This document shows, in pieces, positions 29,423 through 39,358 of a stretch of DNA of 64,000 bases. Position numbers and translations under genes: made by a program. Below the pieces are notes generated by a model, which was given only the letters and a program-made list of their open reading frames with translations, had not been told where the DNA came from and made no database searches. The stretch's first letter is position 1. Each line of letters starts with the position of its first letter. The DNA is taken from contig OY761611.1 of the NCBI GenBank assembly GCA_963664875.1, positions 704,001 to 768,000 on the forward strand, read 5' to 3'. The stretch is from Candidatus Kapaibacterium sp. (lineage in GTDB: Bacteria > Bacteroidota > Ignavibacteria > Kapaibacteriales > UBA2268).

Positions 29423-30501
29423 TGAACGAATTTGAAAAAGAGTACGATCCAAATTACCCCGACCCCGTTGAACATATTTACGAATTTGAAGCTCAAAAAA
29501 AACAAAAACCGATTAGAGTAGATAAATATCTTGCTAATCAAATATTAAATGCTACTCGCAACAAAGTACAAAATGCTATCGACGAAGGCAAAGTTTATAT
29601 TAACGGACAAGTTGCCAAAGCAAGTCGAAAAATCAAACCGGGCGACCTGGTCAGATGTGTTATTATGAAAGCACCTCCAATCGAGTTAGTTCCGGAAAAC
29701 ATTCCTCTTGACATTATTTATGAAGATGAGTACCTATTAGTTGTGAATAAACCGGCTGATATGGTTTGCCATCCCGCTTTAGGCCATAGAGTAGGTACAC
29801 TTATAAACGCATTGCTATACCACTTTGGCGTACGTGATAACATATCTATTGAAGTAGATGACGAAGACGATACAGACTCTGAAAACACAGACGGTTCTAT
29901 TTTTGCACAAGATGAAGTACGTCCGGGTTTGGTTCATCGTATAGATAAAGACACTACAGGTCTATTGGTTATCGCTAAAGACTCGTGGACACACGCAAAA
30001 TTAGCAGAACAGTTTGCCAATAAAACAAGTGAACGAATCTATGAAGCTATTGCCTGGGGTCAGTTTAAAGAAGACGAAGGTTTTGTAGAAGCACCAATAG
30101 CAAGGTCAGAAACTGATAGAAAGAATTTTTGTGTGCCCAAACGAACTGAAGGCAAATATGCTTATACATCATACAAAGTAGTAAATGTTTACCCTTTTGC
30201 TACTCACCTTCAGTTAAAGCTCAAAACCGGAAGAACTCACCAGATAAGAGTACACATGAGCCATATCAATCATCCGCTAATGGGCGACCCTTGGTACGGC
30301 GGCGATAGAGTTGTTACTATTTCATCTTTACCTCAACAAAAAGCTTTGGCAGAAAAGTGTCTCGGCTTGGCTAAACGACAGATGCTTCATGCTAAAACTT
30401 TAGGTTTTGAACATCCTCACACAAAAGAATTTATGAGATTCAATTCTGATTTACCTGAAGATATGCAAAAAATTATCGAATTGATGTCAGCTAAAAAATA
30501 A
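29422..30501 (+). CDS. rluD: RluA/RluD family 23S rRNA pseudouridine synthase with S4 domain
   Basis: RVDKYL S4 domain, VNKPA, RPGLVHRIDKDTTG, TGRTHQIRVH, RQMLHA; coupled to lspA. Confidence 0.88.
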   Translation: MNEFEKEYDPNYPDPVEHIYEFEAQKKQKPIRVDKYLANQILNATRNKVQNAIDEGKVYINGQVAKASRKIKPGDLVRCVIMKAPPIELVPENIPLDIIYEDEYLLVVNKPADMVCHPALGHRVGTLINALLYHFGVRDNISIEVDDEDDTDSENTDGSIFAQDEVRPGLVHRIDKDTTGLLVIAKDSWTHAKLAEQFANKTSERIYEAIAWGQFKEDEGFVEAPIARSETDRKNFCVPKRTEGKYAYTSYKVVNVYPFATHLQLKLKTGRTHQIRVHMSHINHPLMGDPWYGGDRVVTISSLPQQKALAEKCLGLAKRQMLHAKTLGFEHPHTKEFMRFNSDLPEDMQKIIELMSAKK

Positions 30502-30517
30502 ATCTTTATTTGACAAA

Positions 30518-30862
30518 CTATTGATTAAACAGAAGGTGATAGTATCTGTGTATCTTGTCCTCTAACACAGGCACACTGATATTTCTGCTTTCGCGAATCG
30601 TTTCCTTGCCCTGAATATAAATCAGAATAACCGGAATCGAAAAAATGCCGAAACGTCCGGAGAACTCTTGATTTTTTTCAATATCTATGTAATATAACTG
30701 CATTTCAGGGAATTGTTCTGCCATTTCATGAATTTTTGGCTTCAATGCTTTGCAGACATTACACCTTTCTGAAGAGAAATATAATAGAGTAATATCTTCT
30801 TTTTGTAAAATACTTTCAACTTCATCTATTGAATTTATGATAAAATATTTTGATACTTCCAT
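30518..30862 (-). CDS. Thioredoxin family protein
   Basis: CNVCKALKPK active site, FSIPV cis-Pro region; start uncertain (30862 or 30877). Confidence 0.82.
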   Translation of the reverse strand: MEVSKYFIINSIDEVESILQKEDITLLYFSSERCNVCKALKPKIHEMAEQFPEMQLYYIDIEKNQEFSGRFGIFSIPVILIYIQGKETIRESRNISVPVLEDKIHRYYHLLFNQ

Positions 30863-30927
30863 TTTTCGTTGTGCCAATAGTATAAAAATCTATATATTAA
30901 GTAAACTGAAATCAATGAGAGTGACTT

Positions 30928-33090
30928 ATGGGAAAGTTTGATACGTTGTACAAAATCTATTACGGAAAATACTTTAGATTATTTTTAGCATTATTAGTCT
31001 TTATAGCAGGTTTTGCAATACTGAATACTGTTAACAGCAAACAGTTCTATGATGAACTTTTAGAGCTAAGAAAAGTAGAAATTAAGAGAATCACAGACAT
31101 AGCTTATAATACAATAAATCCTATCCTTGCAGAGTATCGAGACGGCAAAATTGACAAGAATGAAGCTCTAAAGCAAGTAACTACAACTGTACGAAGAATG
31201 ACCTTCACCGACAATGTAACTCTAAATTATGTATTTATGAGTAGCTACTTTGGTGAGATGTTAGTTCAGCCCTACGAACCGGAACACGAAGGTTCAAATA
31301 TGTTACATTTGCAGGATTTCAACGGGAAATATATAATCAAAGAACTGATTAAAACAGCGAAATCTCCTGCCGGAAGAGGATTCGTAGAATACAACTACTT
31401 TCCACCTATGGGTAACGACCCTGAAATGAAAATATCCTATGTCAGAGGAATTCCTGAATTGGAAGCATATATTGGTGTAGGGATGTATATTTTTGATTTG
31501 GAAGCTACTTTTAGTCGCGGGCGAATAAATGCAGTAATTTATGATTTTCTCGTCGGAGTCTTGACTATTGCTTTGATTTTTCTTTTTATTATGCCATACC
31601 TTAAAACATACTCTCTATTCGAAAGTACTTTTAAAGAAATTCAAAACAATCCCGAAAAGAAACCTATCATTACAGGAGTAAAAGATAATCCCAGAAGTGC
31701 ACTGCAAAAACTTGTCAAATCCTTTGACATGATGCTAAATTCTACTTTTAGTAAACAGACGGAACTGCAGGAAGCTAAAGATAAGTTACTTGCCGAAATT
31801 GAAGAAAAGAAAGTTACTCAAAAAGAACTTGCAAGAACTACTGCTATTCTCAAAGAGGAACTTGCTCAGTCTCCTGCAGGTATTGTAATCACAGACAGCA
31901 AAACAATTCAGGCTAATATGATTTCTAAAACTGCAATAGAGATATTAGGAATTAAAATGCACCATTTGACCAAACTATCGCTTTCTGATGAGTCAGAATT
32001 ACCATTTGAATTTTATAATACTGACGGCAGACGTGTTTATTTTAGAGATTTGTCGCTTTATCAATCAACTACTTCAGGAATCAATAAGCAAAACATTGAG
32101 CTACAAGTTGTTAGAAACGACGGTGAGATTCGTTGGATTTTATCAAATACCTCCCCTATTTTTGACGAAAACAACACTCTTATTGCCGGTATTGCAGTAT
32201 TTTTAGATATAACAGAACGCAAATCTTATCAATTAAAAATTGAAAAACTTAACAAAGAATTGGAGCAAAGAGTTTTGGAAAGAACAGCTCAGCTGCAAGA
32301 CGCCATGGAAGAATTAAAAATATCAAGAGAACAGATAATAAAAGAAACACAAAAACTCTACGAACTAAACGAAAAACTTTATCAATCAGAAGCGGAGCTT
32401 AGAGAGGTTAATGCATCTAAAGATAAATTCTTTAATATCATGGCTCATGATATCAAATCTCCTCTTTCCGGATTCCAGTCTATGCTCGAAGTTATGGCTA
32501 TCAATTACGAAAGGCTCTCTGTGGAAGAAAATAAAAAATTTATTTCTTTACTTCAGAAAACTTCAAAACAGCTTTTTGATTTGTTAGAGAATTTGCTGAA
32601 CTGGTCACGCTCACAAACAGGAACTTTAGAGTTTAATCCTTCGAAAACTGATTTAAGAAACGTCATAGAAGCGACACTAAAGCTGTATCGCAACAATTTA
32701 GAATCAAAAAATATCAAAGCAAATCTACAAATTGAATTGTCTGATATCACTGCTGATACTTTCATGCTGAATACAATCATCAGAAATTTGATCTCAAATG
32801 CAATTAAGTTTTCATTCGATAATTCCGAAATAGATATAGTCGCAAATAAAAAAGACCAAAATCTGCATATCAGCATTCAAGACTATGGAGTTGGTATAAA
32901 AGAAGAAGATATTTCGAAACTATTTAGAATTGATGTCAATCACACAACAATAGGTACTAAAAAAGAAGCAGGTACTGGTTTGGGGCTAATTATTTGTAAA
33001 GAATTTACCGAGAGACACGGTGGAACAATAAACGTTGACAGCAAGCCAGGAAATGGTTCTACTTTTACAATAGTTATACCGGCACGTTAA
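30928..33090 (+). CDS. Membrane sensor histidine kinase: Cache (sCache_2-like), PAS, HisKA, HATPase
   Basis: Two TM helices flanking ...QDFNGKYII...GFVEY...KISYV; PAS end FLDITERK; AHDIKSPL; NLISNAIKF; DYGVG; GTGLGL. Confidence 0.92.
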   Translation: MGKFDTLYKIYYGKYFRLFLALLVFIAGFAILNTVNSKQFYDELLELRKVEIKRITDIAYNTINPILAEYRDGKIDKNEALKQVTTTVRRMTFTDNVTLNYVFMSSYFGEMLVQPYEPEHEGSNMLHLQDFNGKYIIKELIKTAKSPAGRGFVEYNYFPPMGNDPEMKISYVRGIPELEAYIGVGMYIFDLEATFSRGRINAVIYDFLVGVLTIALIFLFIMPYLKTYSLFESTFKEIQNNPEKKPIITGVKDNPRSALQKLVKSFDMMLNSTFSKQTELQEAKDKLLAEIEEKKVTQKELARTTAILKEELAQSPAGIVITDSKTIQANMISKTAIEILGIKMHHLTKLSLSDESELPFEFYNTDGRRVYFRDLSLYQSTTSGINKQNIELQVVRNDGEIRWILSNTSPIFDENNTLIAGIAVFLDITERKSYQLKIEKLNKELEQRVLERTAQLQDAMEELKISREQIIKETQKLYELNEKLYQSEAELREVNASKDKFFNIMAHDIKSPLSGFQSMLEVMAINYERLSVEENKKFISLLQKTSKQLFDLLENLLNWSRSQTGTLEFNPSKTDLRNVIEATLKLYRNNLESKNIKANLQIELSDITADTFMLNTIIRNLISNAIKFSFDNSEIDIVANKKDQNLHISIQDYGVGIKEEDISKLFRIDVNHTTIGTKKEAGTGLGLIICKEFTERHGGTINVDSKPGNGSTFTIVIPAR

Positions 33091-33114
33091 AATCAAACTG
33101 ACCATTTGTAAACA

Positions 33115-33148
33115 AAAAGGAACTGCTTTGACTAAAACAGTTCCTTTG
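33115..33148. terminator. Bidirectional intrinsic terminator
   Basis: AAAGGAACTG...CAGTTCCTTT between convergent genes. Confidence 0.75.
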
Positions 33149-33174
33149 ATTTACTTTATCAAAAAAGTTAAAAC

Positions 33175-34374
33175 TTATAACATTCCAACTTCTTTAAGGC
33201 AAGCTTTGATTCTATCCACAGTATCCTGAGGGTTATTATCCAAGCCCATAGAGAATCTTACTAAGCCCGGAGTCATGCCCATTTCGTCTTGTTCTTCCTG
33301 TGGAATTTCAGATGAAGTAGAGCTACCCGGAGCAGAGAACAATGTTTTATAGAAACCGAGAGAAACAGCAAAAAAACCAATTTTAGCTTCTTGCATTTTA
33401 ATAAGTAATGTATTCGCAGTTTCAGCTGTTTTACAGTCGATAGTAATCATACCGCTATAGCCATATTCAGGATTAATCATAGATTTGATTAACTCATGTT
33501 GCGGGTGAGAAGGAAGACCCGGATAGAATACTTTAAGACCTGCTTTTTCCAATTCTCCAGCGACATGCATAGCGTTAGCACTGTGTTGTTTCATTCTTAT
33601 ATGCAATGTTCTCAAGTTTTTCAAAATTGAAGCTGAACGCAATGGATCGATAACAGGACCTAAAAGCATAGCAGCTCCATCAATAACACTCTTCATGCTT
33701 AGGATGAAGTCATGATCACCACATACAGCACCTGCAGTAGCGTCATTAGTACCGTTGATATATTTTGTCATTGAATAAACAACAATATGAGCACCCCATT
33801 CTTTAGGGCTAACTACCATTGGAGAAAATGTGTTATCAACTACTAATTTGCAACCATATTTATCTGCAAGTTTGCGAAGATTAGGAATATCAGCGATTTC
33901 AAGCAAAGGATTGCTGATAGTTTCGCAATAAATAACTTTTGTATTTTCTGTGATTGCGGCTTCTACAGCAGCAAGATCAGTTATTTTTACGAATGTAGTG
34001 TTGATGTTATAACCCGGAGCAAAGTTTTTCAAAAATGCATAAGTTCCACCATATATTGTTCTCGATGAAACAATGTGGTCACCGGCTTTGCATAGTTGCA
34101 TTAGACAAGAAGTAATTGCACCCATACCACTACCCATAACTTGAGCATCTTCAGTATTTTCTATCTGAGCCAAAGCAGCTGACAAGAACATATTGCTCGG
34201 ATTTAAGTGTCGAGAGTATAAGAAGCAGCCTTCTACTTCTTCACTGAAAAGCTGTTGCATTTTTTCAGTTGTAAGGAAAGTAAAGGTCGCAGAATCAGTT
34301 ATAGAAGGGTTTACACCACCAAACTCACCAAAAACATGGTAATCTTGCAATCTCATAGCAGGATCTTTATGCAT
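33175..34374 (-). CDS. PLP-dependent Cys/Met metabolism enzyme (methionine gamma-lyase-like)
   Basis: FGEFGGVNPSI, YSRHLNP, SGMGAI, YGGT, VDNTF, SMTKY (PLP Lys), VSLG; AAGGAG RBS before ATG 34374. Confidence 0.88.
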   Translation of the reverse strand: MHKDPAMRLQDYHVFGEFGGVNPSITDSATFTFLTTEKMQQLFSEEVEGCFLYSRHLNPSNMFLSAALAQIENTEDAQVMGSGMGAITSCLMQLCKAGDHIVSSRTIYGGTYAFLKNFAPGYNINTTFVKITDLAAVEAAITENTKVIYCETISNPLLEIADIPNLRKLADKYGCKLVVDNTFSPMVVSPKEWGAHIVVYSMTKYINGTNDATAGAVCGDHDFILSMKSVIDGAAMLLGPVIDPLRSASILKNLRTLHIRMKQHSANAMHVAGELEKAGLKVFYPGLPSHPQHELIKSMINPEYGYSGMITIDCKTAETANTLLIKMQEAKIGFFAVSLGFYKTLFSAPGSSTSSEIPQEEQDEMGMTPGLVRFSMGLDNNPQDTVDRIKACLKEVGML

Positions 34375-34527
34375 AATTTTCTCCTTAAAATTAAAATCTT
34401 TATCTTTTCGATTTGCAATCGTTATAATAGAAGCAAAATTGCTAAAAATACTCCTATAAAACAAGACTAAAGAAAATAAATTTAGCTAATTATACGTTTA
34501 TTGAAGGTTTTTACAAGACATAATTAG

Positions 34528-35784
34528 CTAAAAGCTACAAGTCATAAGATAAAGCCTATTTCCTATCCTTCCAAGTGCTTCATACCTATTAGCAAATCTA
34601 TTGTAGCGTGGAGATGTCAGATAATCCATCATTTTTCCTGCATACTGCAATCCCGAGTTTAAATCTCTAACTATCATGGAACTATTTGTGCTGTAGGCTA
34701 ATGTACCAGCACCGGGTTTAAATGCATAAGTTGCTGATTCGGAGAGTTGAAGGGGTATTGGTATTTTTTTTCCGCTAACACCAATGAAACAATCAAAAGA
34801 ACCACACCCAACATAAATAACATCTTCTCCATCATAAGTAAATTTGGGTTTTCCTACGTTTAATCCTGCATTGTAATCAGCTCCATTTAGCACAACAAGC
34901 ATTTCATTATGTTTAATAGCATTGTAGGTTATCATTGGTTCAGTAGGGTGCAAATCGAGATAATAAGCTTGATCATAATCCTGGCCGTAAAGTAAATCTG
35001 TATATCTGTCGGAAATAATGACACCAGTAGCTTTGCCGGATGATTTTGTAACTAAAAATCCGGCAGCATTAGCTTCCAGATTTAATCTGACTTCGCTAAT
35101 TGAATTAAAGTTTTCGGATATCTCTTCCTCTCCTTTGAACACAGACCAATTATAACCATTTTTAGCTGCATATAATATCTTGCCATCTAACCAAAAACCA
35201 AATGGAAGAATATCATCATACGTTTCAATTTCATTGCCGTTTACATATAATGTAGGTCTATTACCTAGTTTTCTCAAATAAGCTAATCTATATCCCATTT
35301 TTCCTACATATAACCTTCCTACTCTATCGCTCATTTCGTACTTCATATTTCCACAGATAACCACTTCGCTATTGCTTTCAAAATAACTGTAAGCCATTAC
35401 TTCAGAATCAGGACTAAAAACAATTTCTCCAGCTCCGGTAGCATGAATATCTAAAATCGTATCGTTACAAATTATCTTCCAGTCACCACCATAAGTCGCA
35501 AAATATGCCCATCTTTTACCGTTGGGTGAAAAAACAGGCTGGGTAAATTTATCATAAACTTTGGATTCCTTGCCATTTATATGCATCCTATATCTCTCCG
35601 GAAAAGGAGCAGTAACAGCCCACCAGTTATAGGTAGTATCCATACCGAAATCTACTAAATCTTCGGCACCGTTTAAGAGCATATAATCTTTACAATTATC
35701 TGCCAAAAGTGTGTAACAAAATCCGAGTAAAACTGTTATTATTATTATGATTTTGCTATAAAGTGGAAATAATATTTTGCTCAT
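34528..35784 (-). CDS. Exported hypothetical protein, probable beta-propeller (TolB/WD40-like repeats)
   Basis: N-terminal hydrophobic segment; repeats FSPNGKRWAY, FSPDSEVMAY, FWLDGKILY, FTYDGEDVIY. Confidence 0.7.
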   Translation of the reverse strand: MSKILFPLYSKIIIIITVLLGFCYTLLADNCKDYMLLNGAEDLVDFGMDTTYNWWAVTAPFPERYRMHINGKESKVYDKFTQPVFSPNGKRWAYFATYGGDWKIICNDTILDIHATGAGEIVFSPDSEVMAYSYFESNSEVVICGNMKYEMSDRVGRLYVGKMGYRLAYLRKLGNRPTLYVNGNEIETYDDILPFGFWLDGKILYAAKNGYNWSVFKGEEEISENFNSISEVRLNLEANAAGFLVTKSSGKATGVIISDRYTDLLYGQDYDQAYYLDLHPTEPMITYNAIKHNEMLVVLNGADYNAGLNVGKPKFTYDGEDVIYVGCGSFDCFIGVSGKKIPIPLQLSESATYAFKPGAGTLAYSTNSSMIVRDLNSGLQYAGKMMDYLTSPRYNRFANRYEALGRIGNRLYLMTCSF

Positions 35785-35925
35785 ATCGATAAAAGATTTG
35801 TTTATTTGAAAATAATTTATAATTTACAGGAAATTCGTTTAAGTCCTATTGTCAAGATATATAAAAAGGAGCATCTATGCAAATTGCTACAGATTAGATC
35901 TGTAAACTATTTACTTGGGGCAATT

Positions 35926-38900
35926 ATGAAAAACACAAAATCTCTAATTTGCATGGTGATATATTTTGCAATATTCTCCTTTTTGCTTAATACACCTTCA
36001 TTGGCTCAATCGTTCGAAATTTTGAATATTGAGTCTAAAAACTTCCCCAACATGGAAGCATTTTATATAGCTAAAGATGCTAGCGGAAATCCCAATTCTT
36101 CATTGACTTTGAAAGAATTTGAAGTCAGTCTAAATGGTAAGATGCTTAGCTCTGCAGCTCCATCGAATTTAAAACAAGACTGTCAGGTAGAAAACTATGC
36201 AACTCCATTTGCAGCTGTTTTACTATTAGACTGTTCGACCTCTATGAACGATGAAGTATCATACGGCACTCCCCGTTTCAAATGGATGGAAAAAGGAGTA
36301 GCCGAGTTTATTGATTCGCTCAGAATGAATCCAAAATCAAGAATGAAAGTAGTTCCTTTTTCTACGGACGAGCGTACGGGATCAAATTGGTCTAATGATA
36401 AAGTCTATCTGAATAAATGGATTGATGACAACATGAATGACTATTATGGTGCTACTGATTTTAATGATGCTCTTCTCCCTTCTCTTGACAAAAATAAAAA
36501 AGGTGCTGTAAATTATCTTAAAGAAGTAGATCAGTCATTGCCTAAGTTCATCATCATGATTACCGATGGTAAATACGAAGGTCCTGATGAATTTAGATAT
36601 CAGGAAGTTATTGATTCCTGTATTGCTAATGACATCGTTTTTTACTCTATTTCAATACAAACTAATGTTGATAGCGGTTTAAATTATTTAGCCAATGATT
36701 CTAAAGGAAAGACTTATACTGCAAGTAAAGAAAGTGATGTGAGCTACTATCTGCAAAAAATACTTCAAAAAATTGAAATTCGCAATGTGTGCCGTTTCAC
36801 TTGGGTTAATCCTTACATCTGCGAGGGAGACTCCAAAACCCAAAACTTAGAAGTTACCTGCAAATATTATGGCATTACAGACACAGAGTCTTACACATTA
36901 GATGATAATGCAGTAGCAACTGCCGAAGTATCTGATAACAAATTATTTGTCGGCTCTATAAGCAAAGGTCAAAATAGTGCGACTTTCCAAATAAGTGCTG
37001 ATAAAACTAATTTTACTGTTTCTGATTACGCTATTTCAGGTGACCCGGATAAAACTAAGTTTACAATTAGTCCTAAACCGCCATTTACTGTCAGTGCTTC
37101 AACTCCAACTGAAGTAACAGTAACTTATGTAAAAGATCCTGCTGACCCATCAGCAAAATACACCTTGTCTTTCACAAGCACACCTTGCGATATTCCTGTT
37201 GTCGATATCATTGCCCCATGCTATGGTGAATCAGTATCTGTTATCGATTTCGGCGATGTTCCTGTAGGTTCAGTAACTCCAAAAACTCAAACTGCAGTGC
37301 TAAAAAATACTACACCTGAGCCAATTTCGGGTAATGTGATTTTAGAAGGTAAAGATGCAGCTGATTTCACTATTACTGCCGGAGGTGGAGCTTTTACTAT
37401 CAATCCGGGTAGTTCTTTAGATGTTACTATCGAAATTAATCCTAACTTAGTTGGTGTAAAGACTGCGAATCTTAACTTCCAGATTGAAAATGCCGATTAT
37501 TGCGGTAATTCTACAACAGATATCACTGCTAATGCTCAGGCAACAAACTTCCCTATTCAACCAATAGCTTTCGGATTGAATAGAGTAAGTAACAAATTGA
37601 CAATCACTCACTCCATTGCAAACACCAGACAGAGCGATGCTACTATAAAAAGTATGAAATTGGAAAACAACTCCGGTGCGTTTAATTTGATTACTCCTTT
37701 CACTGGTAGCATTAGTGCAGGTTCCAGCGAAGACATTACTATCGAATTTACTCCGGATGCAGAAGGTAATTTTGATTGTGATTTAGTTTTAGATATTGAA
37801 GATTTGGACAATCCTGTAATCGCCAAAGTTACAGGGATAGGTGGAGTTCCGATTATAGACGCAAAAGGTAATACTTATGCAGCTTTGAAAGCAGGTCAAA
37901 AATCTGCACCTATGAATGTAACAATTCAAAATACGTCAAACTACATGGATATGCACATTGAAGAAATAAAATTTGCAAATCCTACAAACGATTTTGAAAT
38001 AGTGAGCGGTACAAAATTAAAAGATATCATAGTTCAAAAAGGTGCAAAAATAGACATCCCGGTTGTATTTACTCCTACTAAAGGCGGAATGCTAACTGCA
38101 AATATTCAGATAATCAATGATGCATTAGCCGGAATGGAACCTGTAACTTATCAGACAACTACAGTAGAAGTTAAAGGCGAAGGACTTGCTCTTCAGGTAA
38201 ATCCTACGGAATTGAACTTTGGCAATATCTTATCTTGTGATGCTAAGACAATGACTGTAACGATACCTAATAACTCAACTTCAGAAATGACTGTTTCACT
38301 TGCTTTATCAGGTACTAACACATCTGAATTTGCTCTCGACAAATCAGATTTATCAATTCCTGCAGCCGGAAATGGAACTTTTGATGTGTTATTCCAACCT
38401 ACTCAAAATGGTTCGTTCACAGCTCAAGTCGATATTGTAACTAATAACGGCACTGCAATAGTTGCTTTAAATGGCTCTGCTTACGGCACTGAGGTTATGA
38501 GTAGTTTCAAGCAAGGCACTGCAGATTTCAATATGGCTCAGATAGCAGTTATTTCAGGTTTAAATTCTATAGTATTCGAACTTGAAACTAATCTTCCTAA
38601 CGATTTGATTGATTTGCCAAGCGAGATTACTTACAATCTTAATATGGATTACAAATATTCACTCAGATACTTGGATAATTCGTTTATCCCTGCTTCAGGC
38701 TGGACTCTGAAAGAAGTAAATACATCTGAAGAAGACAACGGCAAGTTATCGATTACAATAACTCCAACCGCTTCCGCAGGTAAAAATGTAAAAAGTAAAA
38801 TAGCACTCAAAGGCTATATTGCAGATACAGACTCTTTGAATATCAATCTGTCAGTAGATTTCCCTGCTATGCCTTGTCTTATCTCTAAGGGCGACAACCT

Positions 38901-39219
38901 ACCTGTGAAGCTCATCAGCTGCTTTACAGAAGGAAATCTCATAGATTTAAGTGAATATCAGATGGGAAAAATCAAAATTAACGGCAATCCTGCTATAGAA
39001 ACTTCTACTATTGATTTCAGTATTGCTTATGACACTTATGTTGAAATTTATATCTATGACTCTATGGGCAAAAAAGTTGCGACTCTGCATGACGGCATAC
39101 TCAAAGAAGGAAATTATTCCGACAAAGTGCCGTACGAGCTTTTAGAATCAGGTGTTTACAATATCACTATGAGGGCAGGCGTTTATCATACTACAACAAG
39201 GCTTGCAATAATCAAATAA
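35926..39219 (+). CDS. VWA domain protein with tandem Ig-like (choice-of-anchor D / ASH-like) domains and T9SS sorting domain
   Basis: Signal peptide SLA|Q; MIDAS DCSTS, ITDG; repeats IDFGDV, IAFG, LNFGNI...F.PT..G.F.A; C-terminal IYDSMGKKV...SGVYNI; start revised to ATG 35926. Confidence 0.88.
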   Translation: MKNTKSLICMVIYFAIFSFLLNTPSLAQSFEILNIESKNFPNMEAFYIAKDASGNPNSSLTLKEFEVSLNGKMLSSAAPSNLKQDCQVENYATPFAAVLLLDCSTSMNDEVSYGTPRFKWMEKGVAEFIDSLRMNPKSRMKVVPFSTDERTGSNWSNDKVYLNKWIDDNMNDYYGATDFNDALLPSLDKNKKGAVNYLKEVDQSLPKFIIMITDGKYEGPDEFRYQEVIDSCIANDIVFYSISIQTNVDSGLNYLANDSKGKTYTASKESDVSYYLQKILQKIEIRNVCRFTWVNPYICEGDSKTQNLEVTCKYYGITDTESYTLDDNAVATAEVSDNKLFVGSISKGQNSATFQISADKTNFTVSDYAISGDPDKTKFTISPKPPFTVSASTPTEVTVTYVKDPADPSAKYTLSFTSTPCDIPVVDIIAPCYGESVSVIDFGDVPVGSVTPKTQTAVLKNTTPEPISGNVILEGKDAADFTITAGGGAFTINPGSSLDVTIEINPNLVGVKTANLNFQIENADYCGNSTTDITANAQATNFPIQPIAFGLNRVSNKLTITHSIANTRQSDATIKSMKLENNSGAFNLITPFTGSISAGSSEDITIEFTPDAEGNFDCDLVLDIEDLDNPVIAKVTGIGGVPIIDAKGNTYAALKAGQKSAPMNVTIQNTSNYMDMHIEEIKFANPTNDFEIVSGTKLKDIIVQKGAKIDIPVVFTPTKGGMLTANIQIINDALAGMEPVTYQTTTVEVKGEGLALQVNPTELNFGNILSCDAKTMTVTIPNNSTSEMTVSLALSGTNTSEFALDKSDLSIPAAGNGTFDVLFQPTQNGSFTAQVDIVTNNGTAIVALNGSAYGTEVMSSFKQGTADFNMAQIAVISGLNSIVFELETNLPNDLIDLPSEITYNLNMDYKYSLRYLDNSFIPASGWTLKEVNTSEEDNGKLSITITPTASAGKNVKSKIALKGYIADTDSLNINLSVDFPAMPCLISKGDNLPVKLISCFTEGNLIDLSEYQMGKIKINGNPAIETSTIDFSIAYDTYVEIYIYDSMGKKVATLHDGILKEGNYSDKVPYELLESGVYNITMRAGVYHTTTRLAIIK

Positions 39220-39243
39220 ACAAATGATATAAGTAAATTACGA

Positions 39244-39273
39244 GGGAGCTTTGAAATGAGCTCCCTTTTTTTT
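39244..39273 (+). terminator. Rho-independent terminator
   Basis: GGGAGCT...AGCTCCC plus T8. Confidence 0.85.
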
Positions 39274-39358
39274 ATCTTTACTTTATGTTTTAAGTAAGTA
39301 GAGACAATTCAATATTTTAGTCTTAACTAATTATATTTATATATTTGGAGTTATTACC

